Shown here one piece after another: positions 19,457 through 29,176 of a stretch of 59,643 nucleotides of DNA. The position numbers and the translations under genes were made by a program. Where the stretch lies: positions 1 through 59,643 of the IMG/VR virus record IMGVR_UViG_3300025445_000001. The stretch is one strand, 5' to 3'. The notes beneath the pieces were generated by a model that worked only from the letters and a program-made list of their open reading frames with translations, was not told the DNA's origin and made no database searches. How positions within the stretch are numbered: the stretch's first letter is position 1; the number at the start of each line of letters is the position of its first letter. Source of the stretch: a virus. Its lineage: Duplodnaviria > Caudoviricetes.

Positions 19457-22400
19457 TCAGGTCTTGATGATCTTGTTGACGATGGCAGAAGGCTGCGTGT
19501 TCTGGTGTGCACCGCCTCCGCCGGTAGACCCAGAGGTGGTAGAGCCTCCAGAAAGCACATAAGACCCTCCGCTACACGAGAAAGGATTCTGACTTGCTTG
19601 GAGTGGGACGGTATGAGTGTGCGCGGGCATCTCGGTGGTGGTCAACGTCACGGTCTGCGAGCCGCCAGCGTCGCCGAGGTTGACGCCGGAGATGCCGCTA
19701 CCAGCCGTGGTGATACGGGAGGCTGCGGTGCCGCCCATGTTGTCACGACCCACATTCGAGCGGCCCCTGAGATCGGGGACGTTGAAGGTGGTGCTGTTGT
19801 CTCCCCATCCCCACGGAGCATAGATGGCTGTGTGAGTGCCGCTCTGGGTACCGCTGGTGTTGATGGCGGTGCCACCTCGCGACGTGGCGAGAGAGAAGGT
19901 GTTGGCTGCCGCGCTTACCACGTAGTAGGTGGTATTGGCGGTGAGGCCCGTGGGGAGAGCCCCCGTAGTCTGCAACCTGATGGGGTCACCATTTTGCAGC
20001 GGGTGAGAAGTCCACGTCACCACGCCCGGAGAGGCAATGGTGATGGTGACCGTGCTGTTGGCGTTGAGGGTAGCCCACAGGGTGGCGTAGGTGGTGCGGG
20101 AAACCGCCGACCCATCACAGAACAAGTAGCCTGAGGGAGCGGTAATGCCGCCGTAGTCCAAGATGGTGCCAGTCAGCACTCCACCCGAAGCCGCCGTAGA
20201 CTGCGTCGTGCCGTCGGGGAACTTGAAGCCGCCCGAGGTGGACTCGACGGTGCCTGCGACTGTGAGCTTCTGGCCGGGCGAGGCCGTGCCAATGCCGACA
20301 TTGCCGCTGCTGGCTAGCCGCATTTTTTCCGTGCCACTAAACCCAAAGATAATGTTTGTAGCTTCCGACCTAATTCGAAGATCGTCAGTCGAGCCGCCGC
20401 CGAAAATGCCTGCGGTGCCAATATAGGCTTTTGTAGTGCCAGAGCTATTTTTAAGGCTAAATTGCGCGTCTCCAGTGCTTTGAACTGTTAACGGATAATC
20501 TGGCGAACTCGTCCCAATGCCGACTAGGCCGCTGCTGGTGATCCGCATGCGCTCGGCTGGAGTGTCGCGATTTCCGCCATTGATTGTGATAGCCCCAGTC
20601 GAGCGATCGTATCGAATAGAAGATGCGCCATCCGTCGCGCCACTATATCCGCCCAAACCAAGAATGCTTATTGCACCAGACGAATACAACCACCCGCCAT
20701 CGGTGCCACTATTAGCTGCGACAAACTTGAAGGTTGGAGAACTTGTCCCGATGCCAACATTTCCCGCGTTGTCGATCCGCATGCGCTCGGCGCGATCCAC
20801 CCCATAATTGTTCGTTGTGAATGCAATGTAGGAATTGGACGACGCGCCGCCCGCTACGGTGCCGATTGTGATAGCCGCGCGCCCGTTGTCAGAGGGGTCG
20901 TCAGATGTCCAAACACCTACCTGGTTGGAAGTGGCTTGGTTCCTAGTTGGCGCGGCGATGGCGATGTTGCCGTTATTTGTGAGAAGTGCGTTGCTGTTAG
21001 GCGAATTCGTGCCGATGCCGACTAGACCGGCACTGGTAATCCGCATGCGCTCGACGGCGCTGGTAGCCACGGCAATCGTATCGGCGGCGGGGAAGTAGAT
21101 GCCGGTGTTGGTGTCGCCGGTGGTGCTGTAGGAGGGGGCGCCAACGGCCCCAGCACCCACCACCATCACGCCGGAGACGCTGACGAGGCCCGCGAATGTG
21201 GCGTTGCCCGTGGTGATGAGGGTGCCGCCCACCGAGGTGTTGCCCCTCAGGTTTACCGCCGAGAGGAGGTTGGCCACGCCCGAGACCGTGAAGGTACCCG
21301 ACACGCTGACGTTGCTGTTGAAGGTAGCGTTGCCGTTGACCAGCAACGTGCCGCCCACCGAGGTAGTACTCCTCAGGTTTGCCGCCCCGAAAAGGGTAGT
21401 CACGCCCAAAACGGTGAAGGTACCAGAACCACTTATGTTGCTGTTGAAGGTAGCGTTACCGTTGACAAGGAGGGTGGACGCCAAGGAGGTTGCGCCCTTG
21501 ATATCGACGGCAGAGGCTAGTGTCGTGACGCCGGAAACGAGGAACGACCCCGACACACTCACGTTGCTGTTGAAAGTGGCGATGCCATTTGTCACCAGAG
21601 TAGATGCCAGAGAGGTGGCACCCTTGATGTCCACGGCAGAGGCGAGGGTGGTAACTCCCGACACGAAAGCGTTGCCGGTAACACTGAGGTTGCTCTGGAC
21701 GTGGACAACCGAGGTGAAGGTGTTGTTCCCCGTGAAGGTATTGGTTCCAGCCAGCGCCGCATACGTGGAGGGGTTGATGAGTCCGGCGTAATACCCAGCC
21801 AAGGATGCAGCATTGTTGGCGCTGACAGCGGCGATGCTGGCATTGTTGGCCGCCACGTTGGCAATGGAGGCCGCATTGTTTGCACTCACGGCGGCAACGG
21901 AGGCCGTGTGGGCATACACGCCCGCAATGCTGGCTGCGTTGTTGGCACTCACTGCGGCGATGCTTGCCGTGTTGGCGTAGGCACCGGCGATGCTGGCGGC
22001 ATTGTTGGCAGAGACTGCCGCGACTCCGGCGATGCTTGCCTGATTGGCCGCGTCTGTAGCGTAGGCGCTGGCGGAAACCTTGTAGATCTGCGCCACGGAG
22101 GCATAGCCCCCAGCTTCGGTGGCGTAGGCGGAGGCGGAGGTCTTGTAGATCTGGGCGAGGGAGGCGGCCACCAGCGCAATGGAGGCTTCGGTGGCAACCG
22201 AGGAAACCTGTGCGGCGAGGGAGGCGGCCTGCGCTGCGGCACTGGCGGCATTGACGTAGGATACGGAAGCGGCGGCGGCGTAGGTGCCCGCAAGGGATGC
22301 CTCGGCAGCGGCGGAGACCCTGTAGATGTTGGCGTTGACGGCAGCCACCGAAGCAAGCTGGGCATAGGTGTTGGCGTCGTTGGCATACCCGGCGGCTACG

Positions 22401-22735
22401 CCCACGTTGGAGGCGATGGTGTCAATCTGAGTGCCGGGGTAGACTACGGCGCACTGCTTCGTGCCCGCCGTGAAGTCCACCAGGAGGTTGCCGTTGGAGG
22501 AGTTGTAGACGACATTGCGCGAGAGGTAGGGGATGCCCGCCGAGAGGGTGAAGGTGCCGAGACCCACTTCCCACTCGTTCTTCGACTGGTGGGTGATGGC
22601 GTAGTAGCACTGGTTGCCGTTGCCCACGCCGGAGAGGAAGGTCTGGTAGTTGGTGACGGCCCCGAGGAGGGCGAGGGCCCCCGTGCCATTCCCCGTGGTG
22701 TTCTCCCGGACGCGGTTTGCATTGACAATAGCCAT
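19457..22735 (-). CDS. Long tail fibre (1092 aa)
   Basis: N-terminal RVRE.T...GTG anchor, Ala-rich repeats, four E(R/K)MR...VGIGT.SP units, collar domain. Confidence 0.85.
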   Translation of the reverse strand: MAIVNANRVRENTTGNGTGALALLGAVTNYQTFLSGVGNGNQCYYAITHQSKNEWEVGLGTFTLSAGIPYLSRNVVYNSSNGNLLVDFTAGTKQCAVVYPGTQIDTIASNVGVAAGYANDANTYAQLASVAAVNANIYRVSAAAEASLAGTYAAAASVSYVNAASAAAQAASLAAQVSSVATEASIALVAASLAQIYKTSASAYATEAGGYASVAQIYKVSASAYATDAANQASIAGVAAVSANNAASIAGAYANTASIAAVSANNAASIAGVYAHTASVAAVSANNAASIANVAANNASIAAVSANNAASLAGYYAGLINPSTYAALAGTNTFTGNNTFTSVVHVQSNLSVTGNAFVSGVTTLASAVDIKGATSLASTLVTNGIATFNSNVSVSGSFLVSGVTTLASAVDIKGATSLASTLLVNGNATFNSNISGSGTFTVLGVTTLFGAANLRSTTSVGGTLLVNGNATFNSNVSVSGTFTVSGVANLLSAVNLRGNTSVGGTLITTGNATFAGLVSVSGVMVVGAGAVGAPSYSTTGDTNTGIYFPAADTIAVATSAVERMRITSAGLVGIGTNSPNSNALLTNNGNIAIAAPTRNQATSNQVGVWTSDDPSDNGRAAITIGTVAGGASSNSYIAFTTNNYGVDRAERMRIDNAGNVGIGTSSPTFKFVAANSGTDGGWLYSSGAISILGLGGYSGATDGASSIRYDRSTGAITINGGNRDTPAERMRITSSGLVGIGTSSPDYPLTVQSTGDAQFSLKNSSGTTKAYIGTAGIFGGGSTDDLRIRSEATNIIFGFSGTEKMRLASSGNVGIGTASPGQKLTVAGTVESTSGGFKFPDGTTQSTAASGGVLTGTILDYGGITAPSGYLFCDGSAVSRTTYATLWATLNANSTVTITIASPGVVTWTSHPLQNGDPIRLQTTGALPTGLTANTTYYVVSAAANTFSLATSRGGTAINTSGTQSGTHTAIYAPWGWGDNSTTFNVPDLRGRSNVGRDNMGGTAASRITTAGSGISGVNLGDAGGSQTVTLTTTEMPAHTHTVPLQASQNPFSCSGGSYVLSGGSTTSGSTGGGGAHQNTQPSAIVNKIIKT

Positions 22736-23025
22736 CAGGATCCTCCGGGTCCGCCGTCATCCAGCGGAAGCTGTTGGTCGTCAGTCTCGGTATAGTTGAT
22801 GGCCAGAGGCACATCGGGACGGGGGTAGCGCAGCGCCTGCGGATCCGGGTAGACCGGCGGCGGCCTGTTCTGCGGGTGGGTCATCAGGTTGAATTCGCCG
22901 TCGTTGCAGGTGCTGCAGACGCGCCACCTGGTGCCCGGCTCATTCTGGATCTGAAGGTAGCGGTAGCGGAAACCGCACCGATCACAGAGACTCCAACTGT
23001 GCTTGCCTGAGGCGAACTGGCCCAT
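22735..23025 (-). CDS. Conserved small Cys-motif virion-module protein
   Basis: CDRCGF...CSTC, HPQ, DPQAL..PRPD. Confidence 0.65.
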   Translation of the reverse strand: MGQFASGKHSWSLCDRCGFRYRYLQIQNEPGTRWRVCSTCNDGEFNLMTHPQNRPPPVYPDPQALRYPRPDVPLAINYTETDDQQLPLDDGGPGGS

Positions 23026-23028
23026 GCG

Positions 23029-23697
23029 TCACCTGTAGCGAGGGACGATGCGAAGGGTGGCCCGCTCGCGGTCCTCGTAGGTGGCATGCTCCAGTTGCTC
23101 CTCGTATTCGGCCTTGAGCATGCCCAGCCTGTCGAAGGGAAACTGCATCCCCCGGTTGAGGGCGAGGTAGTAGGCGAGACCGGCGACGAGGGCAGGCCAG
23201 AAGCGGCGAGGCATGTCGGGGTCGTTGCTGAGCTTCCCGGCATCCTGCACGAAGCGCATCTTCCAGTAGACGAGGATGTCCGTGGAGTTCTGCGGGGCGG
23301 GCCACAGGTAAATGAGGGGGTACTCGCGCTGCCTGTTGACGAAGTAGTGGGTGGGCCGACCCTGCTGTTCCTTGCGGGGAATATCGAGGTATTCGCCGTA
23401 TCCTATGCGGGTCATGATGAGATCAGTGCCATTGCGCCGAACCACCGCATCAAGGAGATCCAGAGTGTCGGTGCTGCAGGAGATGGTGGCCACCGCCGAG
23501 GTAAGGGTAACCAGTACCTGCTCCAGGGTGTGGAGGAGGATGCCGCGATTCTGCAGGTCGGTGAAGAGGAGGTCCAAAGCCCGCCGGGACACCCGGGCTT
23601 CAGTCCCCAGTGTGGGCTCCCCACCCACCCGAAGAGATGCCTGTTCAAGCAGCTCGTCGAGGGGTAGGGAGAAGTTGGTGGTCCCGGAGGTGGCCAT
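23029..23697 (-). CDS. Head-tail connector/adaptor
   Basis: MATSGT..F; GRPTHYF, LWPAP, LVAGLAYYLA. Confidence 0.65.
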   Translation of the reverse strand: MATSGTTNFSLPLDELLEQASLRVGGEPTLGTEARVSRRALDLLFTDLQNRGILLHTLEQVLVTLTSAVATISCSTDTLDLLDAVVRRNGTDLIMTRIGYGEYLDIPRKEQQGRPTHYFVNRQREYPLIYLWPAPQNSTDILVYWKMRFVQDAGKLSNDPDMPRRFWPALVAGLAYYLALNRGMQFPFDRLGMLKAEYEEQLEHATYEDRERATLRIVPRYR

Positions 23698-23705
23698 GCG
23701 CTACA

Positions 23706-24644
23706 TCACTTGATAGTGTACTTACCGCCGCGCGTCGCCGCACCCATGCCCCGGCACGAGCCGCCACCAGCCTTCTTCACGCCGCCGCCCTTGGCGTAGC
23801 CCATGGTTCGACGGTACCGATACCCGAAGGAATCGGGATCCACTTCCGCAGGCCCATAGAGTCGCATGGCCTCGCGGCGCTGACCCGGAGTCATGGCCCT
23901 GAGGCGACGCTCACGCTCCGCCGGAGAAAGAGACCGGAACTCCGAGGCGCGTGGATTGATGGGCGGAGTCTCACGCCCGGCGGCAGCGCGAGAAGCCTCC
24001 ATGACATCGAGGTCGGAAACTTCGGTCTCACGCAGGGGACGACGACCCTCCCGCATCACCGGACCCTGAGGACGAAAGCCGGGGCTCTCGGTCTCCGGGG
24101 TCTCGTCGGAACGAGGACGTGCACTTCCGCCCGGAGGCTGCGATACATCCGGATAGATGGGGCGAGCACTTCCACCAGGAGGCTGAGCGGCATCCACGGC
24201 CATCTGCATGGCCCGCCGTTGGGCAGGACTGCGACGCATGGCATCTCGGCGCTGAGGGGCGCTGGGAGGCGGTGCCGGAGGCTCGACACCCTGCATACGG
24301 CTCACGCCGCCAGTCCGCTCTGCTTCGGGGGACATGGCTTTGGCACGCTGAGGCTCAAGATCCCGATCCTTGGCCTTGGGCTCTTCACTCTTGCCCGTGA
24401 AGAACTTCTTGATGTCGGAGAAGGAGTACTGCGGGACATCCCACTCAGGCATGGACTCGGTGCCACCATACTCCTTGCGCGTGGCGCCGCCCTCGGCGTA
24501 CTTCTTCACGCCACCGCCCTTGGCGTAGATCTGGTAGTCGAAGCCCTTCTTGGCCGCCCCAGCACCACGGGAAGTGCCACCCTTCTTGAAGGTGGCCATG
24601 TCACGAGGCTTTCCGCCCCTCATGCCGCTCTTCATGGAACTCAC
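23706..24644 (-). CDS. Disordered basic protein with repeated xxGG motifs
   Basis: FKKGG, YAKGG (twice), YAEGG; internal repeat QPPGGSARP twice; start may be the ATG at 24635. Confidence 0.65.
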   Translation of the reverse strand: MSSMKSGMRGGKPRDMATFKKGGTSRGAGAAKKGFDYQIYAKGGGVKKYAEGGATRKEYGGTESMPEWDVPQYSFSDIKKFFTGKSEEPKAKDRDLEPQRAKAMSPEAERTGGVSRMQGVEPPAPPPSAPQRRDAMRRSPAQRRAMQMAVDAAQPPGGSARPIYPDVSQPPGGSARPRSDETPETESPGFRPQGPVMREGRRPLRETEVSDLDVMEASRAAAGRETPPINPRASEFRSLSPAERERRLRAMTPGQRREAMRLYGPAEVDPDSFGYRYRRTMGYAKGGGVKKAGGGSCRGMGAATRGGKYTIK

Positions 24645-24841
24645 CGGATCACGTAGTCGCCGCCCTTGGAGGTGCAGCCCATGCCTCGGGCCACGCTGCC
24701 ACCCTTGGCGTAGCGGGGGGCACCCTTCGGGGGAAGCTCCTTCTTGCGCACCACCGGCATCGTGTACACATCCGGCTGCGGGAACTCATTCTGGTAGTTG
24801 GTACCCTTGATGGCAGCACCGCCGCCCTTCATCTTGGCCAT
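24641..24841 (-). CDS. Small basic protein with YAKGG motif
   Basis: GAGGA RBS before ATG 24841. Confidence 0.6.
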   Translation of the reverse strand: MAKMKGGGAAIKGTNYQNEFPQPDVYTMPVVRKKELPPKGAPRYAKGGSVARGMGCTSKGGDYVIR

Positions 24842-24848
24842 GGTGTCC

Positions 24849-25160
24849 TCAATCGTAGAAAAGGGTGATGCCACAATCGGCGGCCCCGGAGACCTTCACG
24901 AACATCGCCTGCTGGAATCGAATTCCGGCGTCGGGGATGTAGACGGTGACGGTGTCGGGGTTACCGGCAGCAGCCCGGTGGGGCATCTCCATGCGAAGAA
25001 GGAGGGGGCCCGTGGTGCTGACAGCCGCGCTGGCATCGTAGAAGTAGAGGGAACCCGAAGCCGCACTGTGAAGGTATAGACTTCGCAGGCGGCAGGGGTT
25101 GTCCACCTGTACTGCAGATACCACGCTGCAGTAGGCGGACTTGATATTAGTCCAAGACAT
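24849..25160 (-). CDS. Putative structural protein (103 aa)
   Basis: Beta-rich; IPDAGIRF motif; downstream of the capsid gene. Confidence 0.6.
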   Translation of the reverse strand: MSWTNIKSAYCSVVSAVQVDNPCRLRSLYLHSAASGSLYFYDASAAVSTTGPLLLRMEMPHRAAAGNPDTVTVYIPDAGIRFQQAMFVKVSGAADCGITLFYD

Positions 25161-25168
25161 GCGGCACC

Positions 25169-25390
25169 TTACGCGATGGTCGTGTAGACGGGGATGTAGT
25201 AGGTGGCGCCGTTGTTGTCCTTCACCGTGAGGTAGGCCGGGGCCGTGGAGGTGGCCATGCCCGTCATCGCGGCGGAGGTGATCTGGTTGAGGATGAGGTT
25301 GCCCGAGGTGTCGATACCCCAGTCAGCCGTGGACGTGCCAACAGAGGCGACAACGACGACCGGGTAGGCTTCGCGAGTGAAACGGGACAT
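25169..25390 (-). CDS. Putative structural protein (73 aa)
   Basis: GGAG RBS; C-terminal YYIPVY. Confidence 0.6.
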   Translation of the reverse strand: MSRFTREAYPVVVVASVGTSTADWGIDTSGNLILNQITSAAMTGMATSTAPAYLTVKDNNGATYYIPVYTTIA

Positions 25391-25453
25391 GGGATTACTC
25401 CGTAATCAGATAGGGAATTTATGTCCCCGATTCTGATGCCGGGGTGGTATGCA

Positions 25454-25482
25454 AGTGTAGCATAGCCATACCCAAAAAGCAA
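25454..25482 (-). promoter_or_regulatory. Sigma-70-type promoter overlapping the capsid terminator
   Basis: TTGCTT-N17-TACACT with extended TG. Confidence 0.55.
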
Positions 25483-25508
25483 GAGGGCCAGGGTTTCCCC
25501 CAGCCCTC
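25474..25508 (-). terminator. Intrinsic terminator after the major capsid gene
   Basis: GAGGGCTGGG/CCCTGGCCCTC stem followed by TTGCTTTTT. Confidence 0.75.
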
Positions 25509-25530
25509 CCACTTACCCAGAGGCTACTTA

Positions 25531-26439
25531 TCAGGTAGCGCCCGAGGAGCCGTACCAGCCGCGCCAGTCCGACCAGCCGAACGCATAACGCTCGCGGGCC
25601 TTGAAGCGCAGGTTGCCCGTGTCGAAGTCCGGCTCCATCTTCGTCTGGAGCGGAACGCGAACGAACATCTTCGTGCCGTTGGGGGCGTCCGTCTTGATAA
25701 ACCAGGCGTTCGTATCCGTGAAACGCTGGTTGACATGGTAGCCACCCGGGAGCATGCCCATGCCCTTGATGGCGTTGATGTCGTTGTCCGTCGTGCCAAC
25801 GCGGCCCGGGGACTTGAGCAGACGCTCCGCAACGAACTGGAGCTGCGGCGGGATGTGCAGGCTGACGCCCTTCGACCCGATGAGAATGTTGCGATCATCC
25901 TTGAAGAGGCTGATGGCAATCAGGGCATTCTCAAGAGCCGTCTCCGAGAGGTCAACCGCAGCCGTGTTGCTGAAGTTGCCCGCACCGATGGTGGGGTGCG
26001 ACGCCGAGAACAGCGGCACGTTGTCACCACCCGGGAAGGCGGTGTTGAAGCCGTTGTTGTAGACGTTCGCCGCCTTCACCTGCTTCGTGTTGGCCATCGC
26101 ACGGGCGAGGGCCTTGGCACGCACGCGAGCGAAGGTGTCATAGAGGTTGTCCTCCATGGCCTCCTCGGTGATCGAGAACGCAAGGGCGATGGTCTCCATG
26201 GTGTAGCGAGAGGTCCACGCTTCCTGCGCGTTGTCGTACTCGACGGCGGCACCCTCATCCTTCGTCGGCGCAGTGCCGAAGCCGGTGAAGAGAACCTCCT
26301 CCTCGAACGCACGCTCAGAGTTCTCGATCTCGAACAGCGGAAGGTGCTGGTCGTCGACCGAGCCGTACTCCACCCCGAACACGGCATTGAGGCCGGGGAG
26401 AAGCTGCTTGGCAATATTTGCCCTAGTGATAGCTGCCAT
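25531..26439 (-). CDS. Major capsid protein
   Basis: MAAITRANIAKQLLPGLNAVFG...DFDTGNLRFKARERYAFGWSDWRG, a widespread aquatic-phage MCP type; AAGGAG RBS, biased codons, downstream terminator. Confidence 0.92.
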   Translation of the reverse strand: MAAITRANIAKQLLPGLNAVFGVEYGSVDDQHLPLFEIENSERAFEEEVLFTGFGTAPTKDEGAAVEYDNAQEAWTSRYTMETIALAFSITEEAMEDNLYDTFARVRAKALARAMANTKQVKAANVYNNGFNTAFPGGDNVPLFSASHPTIGAGNFSNTAAVDLSETALENALIAISLFKDDRNILIGSKGVSLHIPPQLQFVAERLLKSPGRVGTTDNDINAIKGMGMLPGGYHVNQRFTDTNAWFIKTDAPNGTKMFVRVPLQTKMEPDFDTGNLRFKARERYAFGWSDWRGWYGSSGAT

Positions 26440-26452
26440 GTGTCTTTACTCC

Positions 26453-27031
26453 TTAGAAGGCCGAAGCCTGGCTGTCCCGGGTCTGCACCAGGCGGACCTC
26501 AAGGATGGGGAACGCATCGTTCCACCCGTTATCCGGCGTATCGTAGATACCGATGACGCGGACCATCTTCGACGCCGTCGAGCGCGTGGAGGCCTTGAGC
26601 ACAGCCTGCGACTGACCAAACGTCGTGTTGACCGAAGCCACCGCCGACAGGTCGAAGTTGAGACCCGCGTCGCCCGCCGTCACCGAGGCATCCGCCTGGA
26701 CGATGAAGGTGGCACGGTCGTCATCCACGACGTAGGCGTAGATCTTCGAGTCCGCCGAGGACGTGCCAGCCGGAAGGTACGGCGACCACGTCGGACGCTT
26801 CGTCACCGGATCCACCCACTTGAAGCCCTTGGCAACGCCGAGGACGTAGTCCGTGGTGGCCGTGGCAGGCTGAAGCTGGCCGCCCGGGATCTGCTTCACG
26901 GGGTCGCCGTTGCCGATGTCCGAGGGACCCGCCGACGCGCCGACGAGGTACGTGTTGAGTGCGCCCGAGTTGGGGCTACCGCCCCGGATGCGCACCGGCT
27001 GGAGGCCGAAAGGCCGCTTGGTAGAAGCCAT
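26453..27031 (-). CDS. Capsid-associated (decoration-type) protein
   Basis: PFGL.P...GD.V...YV.DD...F.VQAD; immediately upstream of MCP. Confidence 0.65.
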   Translation of the reverse strand: MASTKRPFGLQPVRIRGGSPNSGALNTYLVGASAGPSDIGNGDPVKQIPGGQLQPATATTDYVLGVAKGFKWVDPVTKRPTWSPYLPAGTSSADSKIYAYVVDDDRATFIVQADASVTAGDAGLNFDLSAVASVNTTFGQSQAVLKASTRSTASKMVRVIGIYDTPDNGWNDAFPILEVRLVQTRDSQASAF

Positions 27032-27062
27032 GCTGTGTTACTCCTATCAGGCGGCCCTTGGT

Positions 27063-27539
27063 TCAGTCCAGAGTAGGGGTGCGGCCGCCAGAAAACACCT
27101 TGCTACTACTACCTCGATTTGAGATAGGCATCGCCCTGTTGAGCTGCCTATTCTCGTTGAGCTGCCGGTCGATGGCATCAGCCAGGGCCCGGGTCCTCTC
27201 CTGCATCTGCCGGGTGCGAGACCGGGAAATGTCGAGAGGCAGCTTTGCCAGTGCGAGATCACCGATGACGATGATGTTGCCGTGATCCCCGTACTCGATG
27301 CTGGGAGCACCCAGCCACTCGGGGGCCTCGTCCTTGCGGACGAACTCGTAGCCCTCGCGCATGCGGGTCATCACGTTCACCGGGTCGGGCTTCCCCTCCA
27401 GCATGATGCGGACCCACCGAGTACCGAAACCCTCGCTCTGCAGGCGCCGGGTCAGGGACTCCGGCACATCCAGCTCGTTGGGCTCCTTCCACTCACGACT
27501 CCGGGACTCATCCTCCCGGCTCATGTGCATAGTCATCAA
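27063..27539 (-). CDS. Conserved head-module protein
   Basis: W..P..L, RWVR, REGYEFV motifs. Confidence 0.65.
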   Translation of the reverse strand: MMTMHMSREDESRSREWKEPNELDVPESLTRRLQSEGFGTRWVRIMLEGKPDPVNVMTRMREGYEFVRKDEAPEWLGAPSIEYGDHGNIIVIGDLALAKLPLDISRSRTRQMQERTRALADAIDRQLNENRQLNRAMPISNRGSSSKVFSGGRTPTLD

Positions 27540-28405
27540 CGCCTCCCGCGCTTGATATCGATGTTGACGTAACCGTCGCCCGCTTCCTGGATCTTCTCCA
27601 TGTAGCGGGCCGTATCCTCCATGCTGGCACCGAGACGTTGCGACGCCTTCACGGTACCCTCATCGAGGCGGATACGCCTGCCGGGATTGCGCGACTGCCC
27701 GGCAACTACCGGCTTGGGGGTTTCCGGTTCCCGACCACCCAGCTTGGTGGCCATGCGAGGGATCTCCTTGACGAGACGCGCCTCGATCTCCTCGAAGTAC
27801 TCCTGGCTATTGGCATCGTAGCCTTCGCGCAGAAGATCCTCCGAGATGGCAGCAGCGGCCATGGTAGCCACCTTGTCCTTGCCGTCACCCTGGCCGAACC
27901 ACGTGTTGCGGCTCATCCATTCGGCGGCAGTAGGGTGGACACCCGGCTTCGGGGGCGGGGGAGGAGGTGCTGCCTCCTGATCCTTCTGGTTGCGCTCCCA
28001 CGCATCAAGGGCCCGGATCTCGACCTTCGCCTCGATGAGTTCGTGCTGCGCCTTCAGAAGCTCGTCCCTGTCAGCAGCATCGTAGGCTGCCTGGTACCGC
28101 TTCTCGGCAGTCTTGATCCGCTCCTCTTGCGACTTGCGGTAGACTCCGTAGGCCGACGACTCGGCACCCTGTGCCTTCTTGCGGGCTTCGGCCAGTTCCG
28201 CCTCCAGGCGGGCAATGACCTCTTCCCTTTCCTTCACGTTCCCGACAAGCTGGTGAATCCGCTTCTGGGCCCGTTTCCCGAAGTTGCTTTCCTCGGGCTC
28301 CTTCTTCACTTCCTCCTGCGGCTCTACGATGGGGGCGGCATCGACCTTCGGAGGTTCAGAAGTGGCAGCAACATCCACCTCTACCCACTCTTCTTTGTTT
28401 TCCAC
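27536..28405 (-). CDS. Capsid scaffolding protein
   Basis: Acidic N-terminus, KRI..L coiled coil, W...N.WFG; lies between portal and MCP. Confidence 0.7.
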   Translation of the reverse strand: MENKEEWVEVDVAATSEPPKVDAAPIVEPQEEVKKEPEESNFGKRAQKRIHQLVGNVKEREEVIARLEAELAEARKKAQGAESSAYGVYRKSQEERIKTAEKRYQAAYDAADRDELLKAQHELIEAKVEIRALDAWERNQKDQEAAPPPPPPKPGVHPTAAEWMSRNTWFGQGDGKDKVATMAAAAISEDLLREGYDANSQEYFEEIEARLVKEIPRMATKLGGREPETPKPVVAGQSRNPGRRIRLDEGTVKASQRLGASMEDTARYMEKIQEAGDGYVNIDIKRGRR

Positions 28406-28432
28406 AGTTGCGATCCTGCGTTACGCTTACCC

Positions 28433-28461
28433 AAGATACTTCAAAAACGTAGGGCTGTCAA
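28433..28461 (-). promoter_or_regulatory. Sigma-70-type promoter for the scaffold/capsid operon
   Basis: TTGACA-N17-TATCTT. Confidence 0.7.
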
Positions 28462-28465
28462 TACC

Positions 28466-28858
28466 CTACTCGTTTATGCGGGCGGGATCCTGGATAACCG
28501 CCAGCACTTCATCGTCGTTGAGGAGGAGGAACTTGACGCCGCCGTAGGAGAACTTGGCCCCGGAGTAGCGCGGATAGAGGATGTAATCCCCAACGGCGCA
28601 CCAGGGAGTTTCCCCCATGTCTTTGCGGCTGTAGGCCATCGGACCCACCGACTTCACCTGACCCACGCTGCGGATCAGATCCATCGTCTCGATGGTGGCA
28701 TCCGGAATGATGATGCCGCCCTTTGTCTTGGGGGCATTGGGGATTGGACGGACCAGAATCCTCCATCCCCTCACAATAGGAAGATCTGCGGGATCCGGGA
28801 TAGTAGGGTCGGTCCACCAAGTGGTGTTACCCGCGCTCTTCGCGGTCGGCATCTGCAT
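28466..28858 (-). CDS. groES: GroES-like co-chaperonin
   Basis: RILV.P...KTKGGIIIP...VG...VGD....YSG...LLNDDEVLAV. Confidence 0.9.
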   Translation of the reverse strand: MQMPTAKSAGNTTWWTDPTIPDPADLPIVRGWRILVRPIPNAPKTKGGIIIPDATIETMDLIRSVGQVKSVGPMAYSRKDMGETPWCAVGDYILYPRYSGAKFSYGGVKFLLLNDDEVLAVIQDPARINE

Positions 28859-29015
28859 CGACTATCTCCTTGAGTAGTTGGAGTGCCGCCAACATACCAG
28901 AGGAAAAGCCAACGTGCCACAAATATCTGTCGTAGGACTCGGCAGAGCCATCAAGGAGATCGAGACCTATCTGCCGTCTCTTCTCCTCGATGGCCCTCTC
29001 AAAGTGCTTCAGCAC
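28827..29015 (-). CDS. Hypothetical protein (62 aa)
   Basis: Small helical ORF coupled to both neighbours. Confidence 0.6.
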   Translation of the reverse strand: MLKHFERAIEEKRRQIGLDLLDGSAESYDRYLWHVGFSSGMLAALQLLKEIVDADADREERG

Positions 29016-29167
29016 TTGCCGCCCTTCTTCATCTTCGTCATGCCACCCTTCTTGTAGGTGCCCATGTCGTCCCCACGGAGGGTGGCCCTCTTCGCGCGGG
29101 CAGAGAACTTCTCGGTGGGCAGGCTGGCAGGATCGCCCATCTTGCCGCCCTTGGCCTTCTTCATCAT
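29009..29167 (-). CDS. Small Lys-rich protein (52 aa), not in the ORF track
   Basis: MMKKAKGGKM...YKKGGMTKMKKGGKC; AGGAG RBS. Confidence 0.65.
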   Translation of the reverse strand: MMKKAKGGKMGDPASLPTEKFSARAKRATLRGDDMGTYKKGGMTKMKKGGKC

Positions 29168-29176
29168 GCTAGTCTC

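Noticed and set aside
19457-22735. Diversity-generating retroelement or invertase-driven fibre switching
   Set aside because: No reverse transcriptase or site-specific recombinase gene; the shared fibre ends do not show adenine-specific differences by eye
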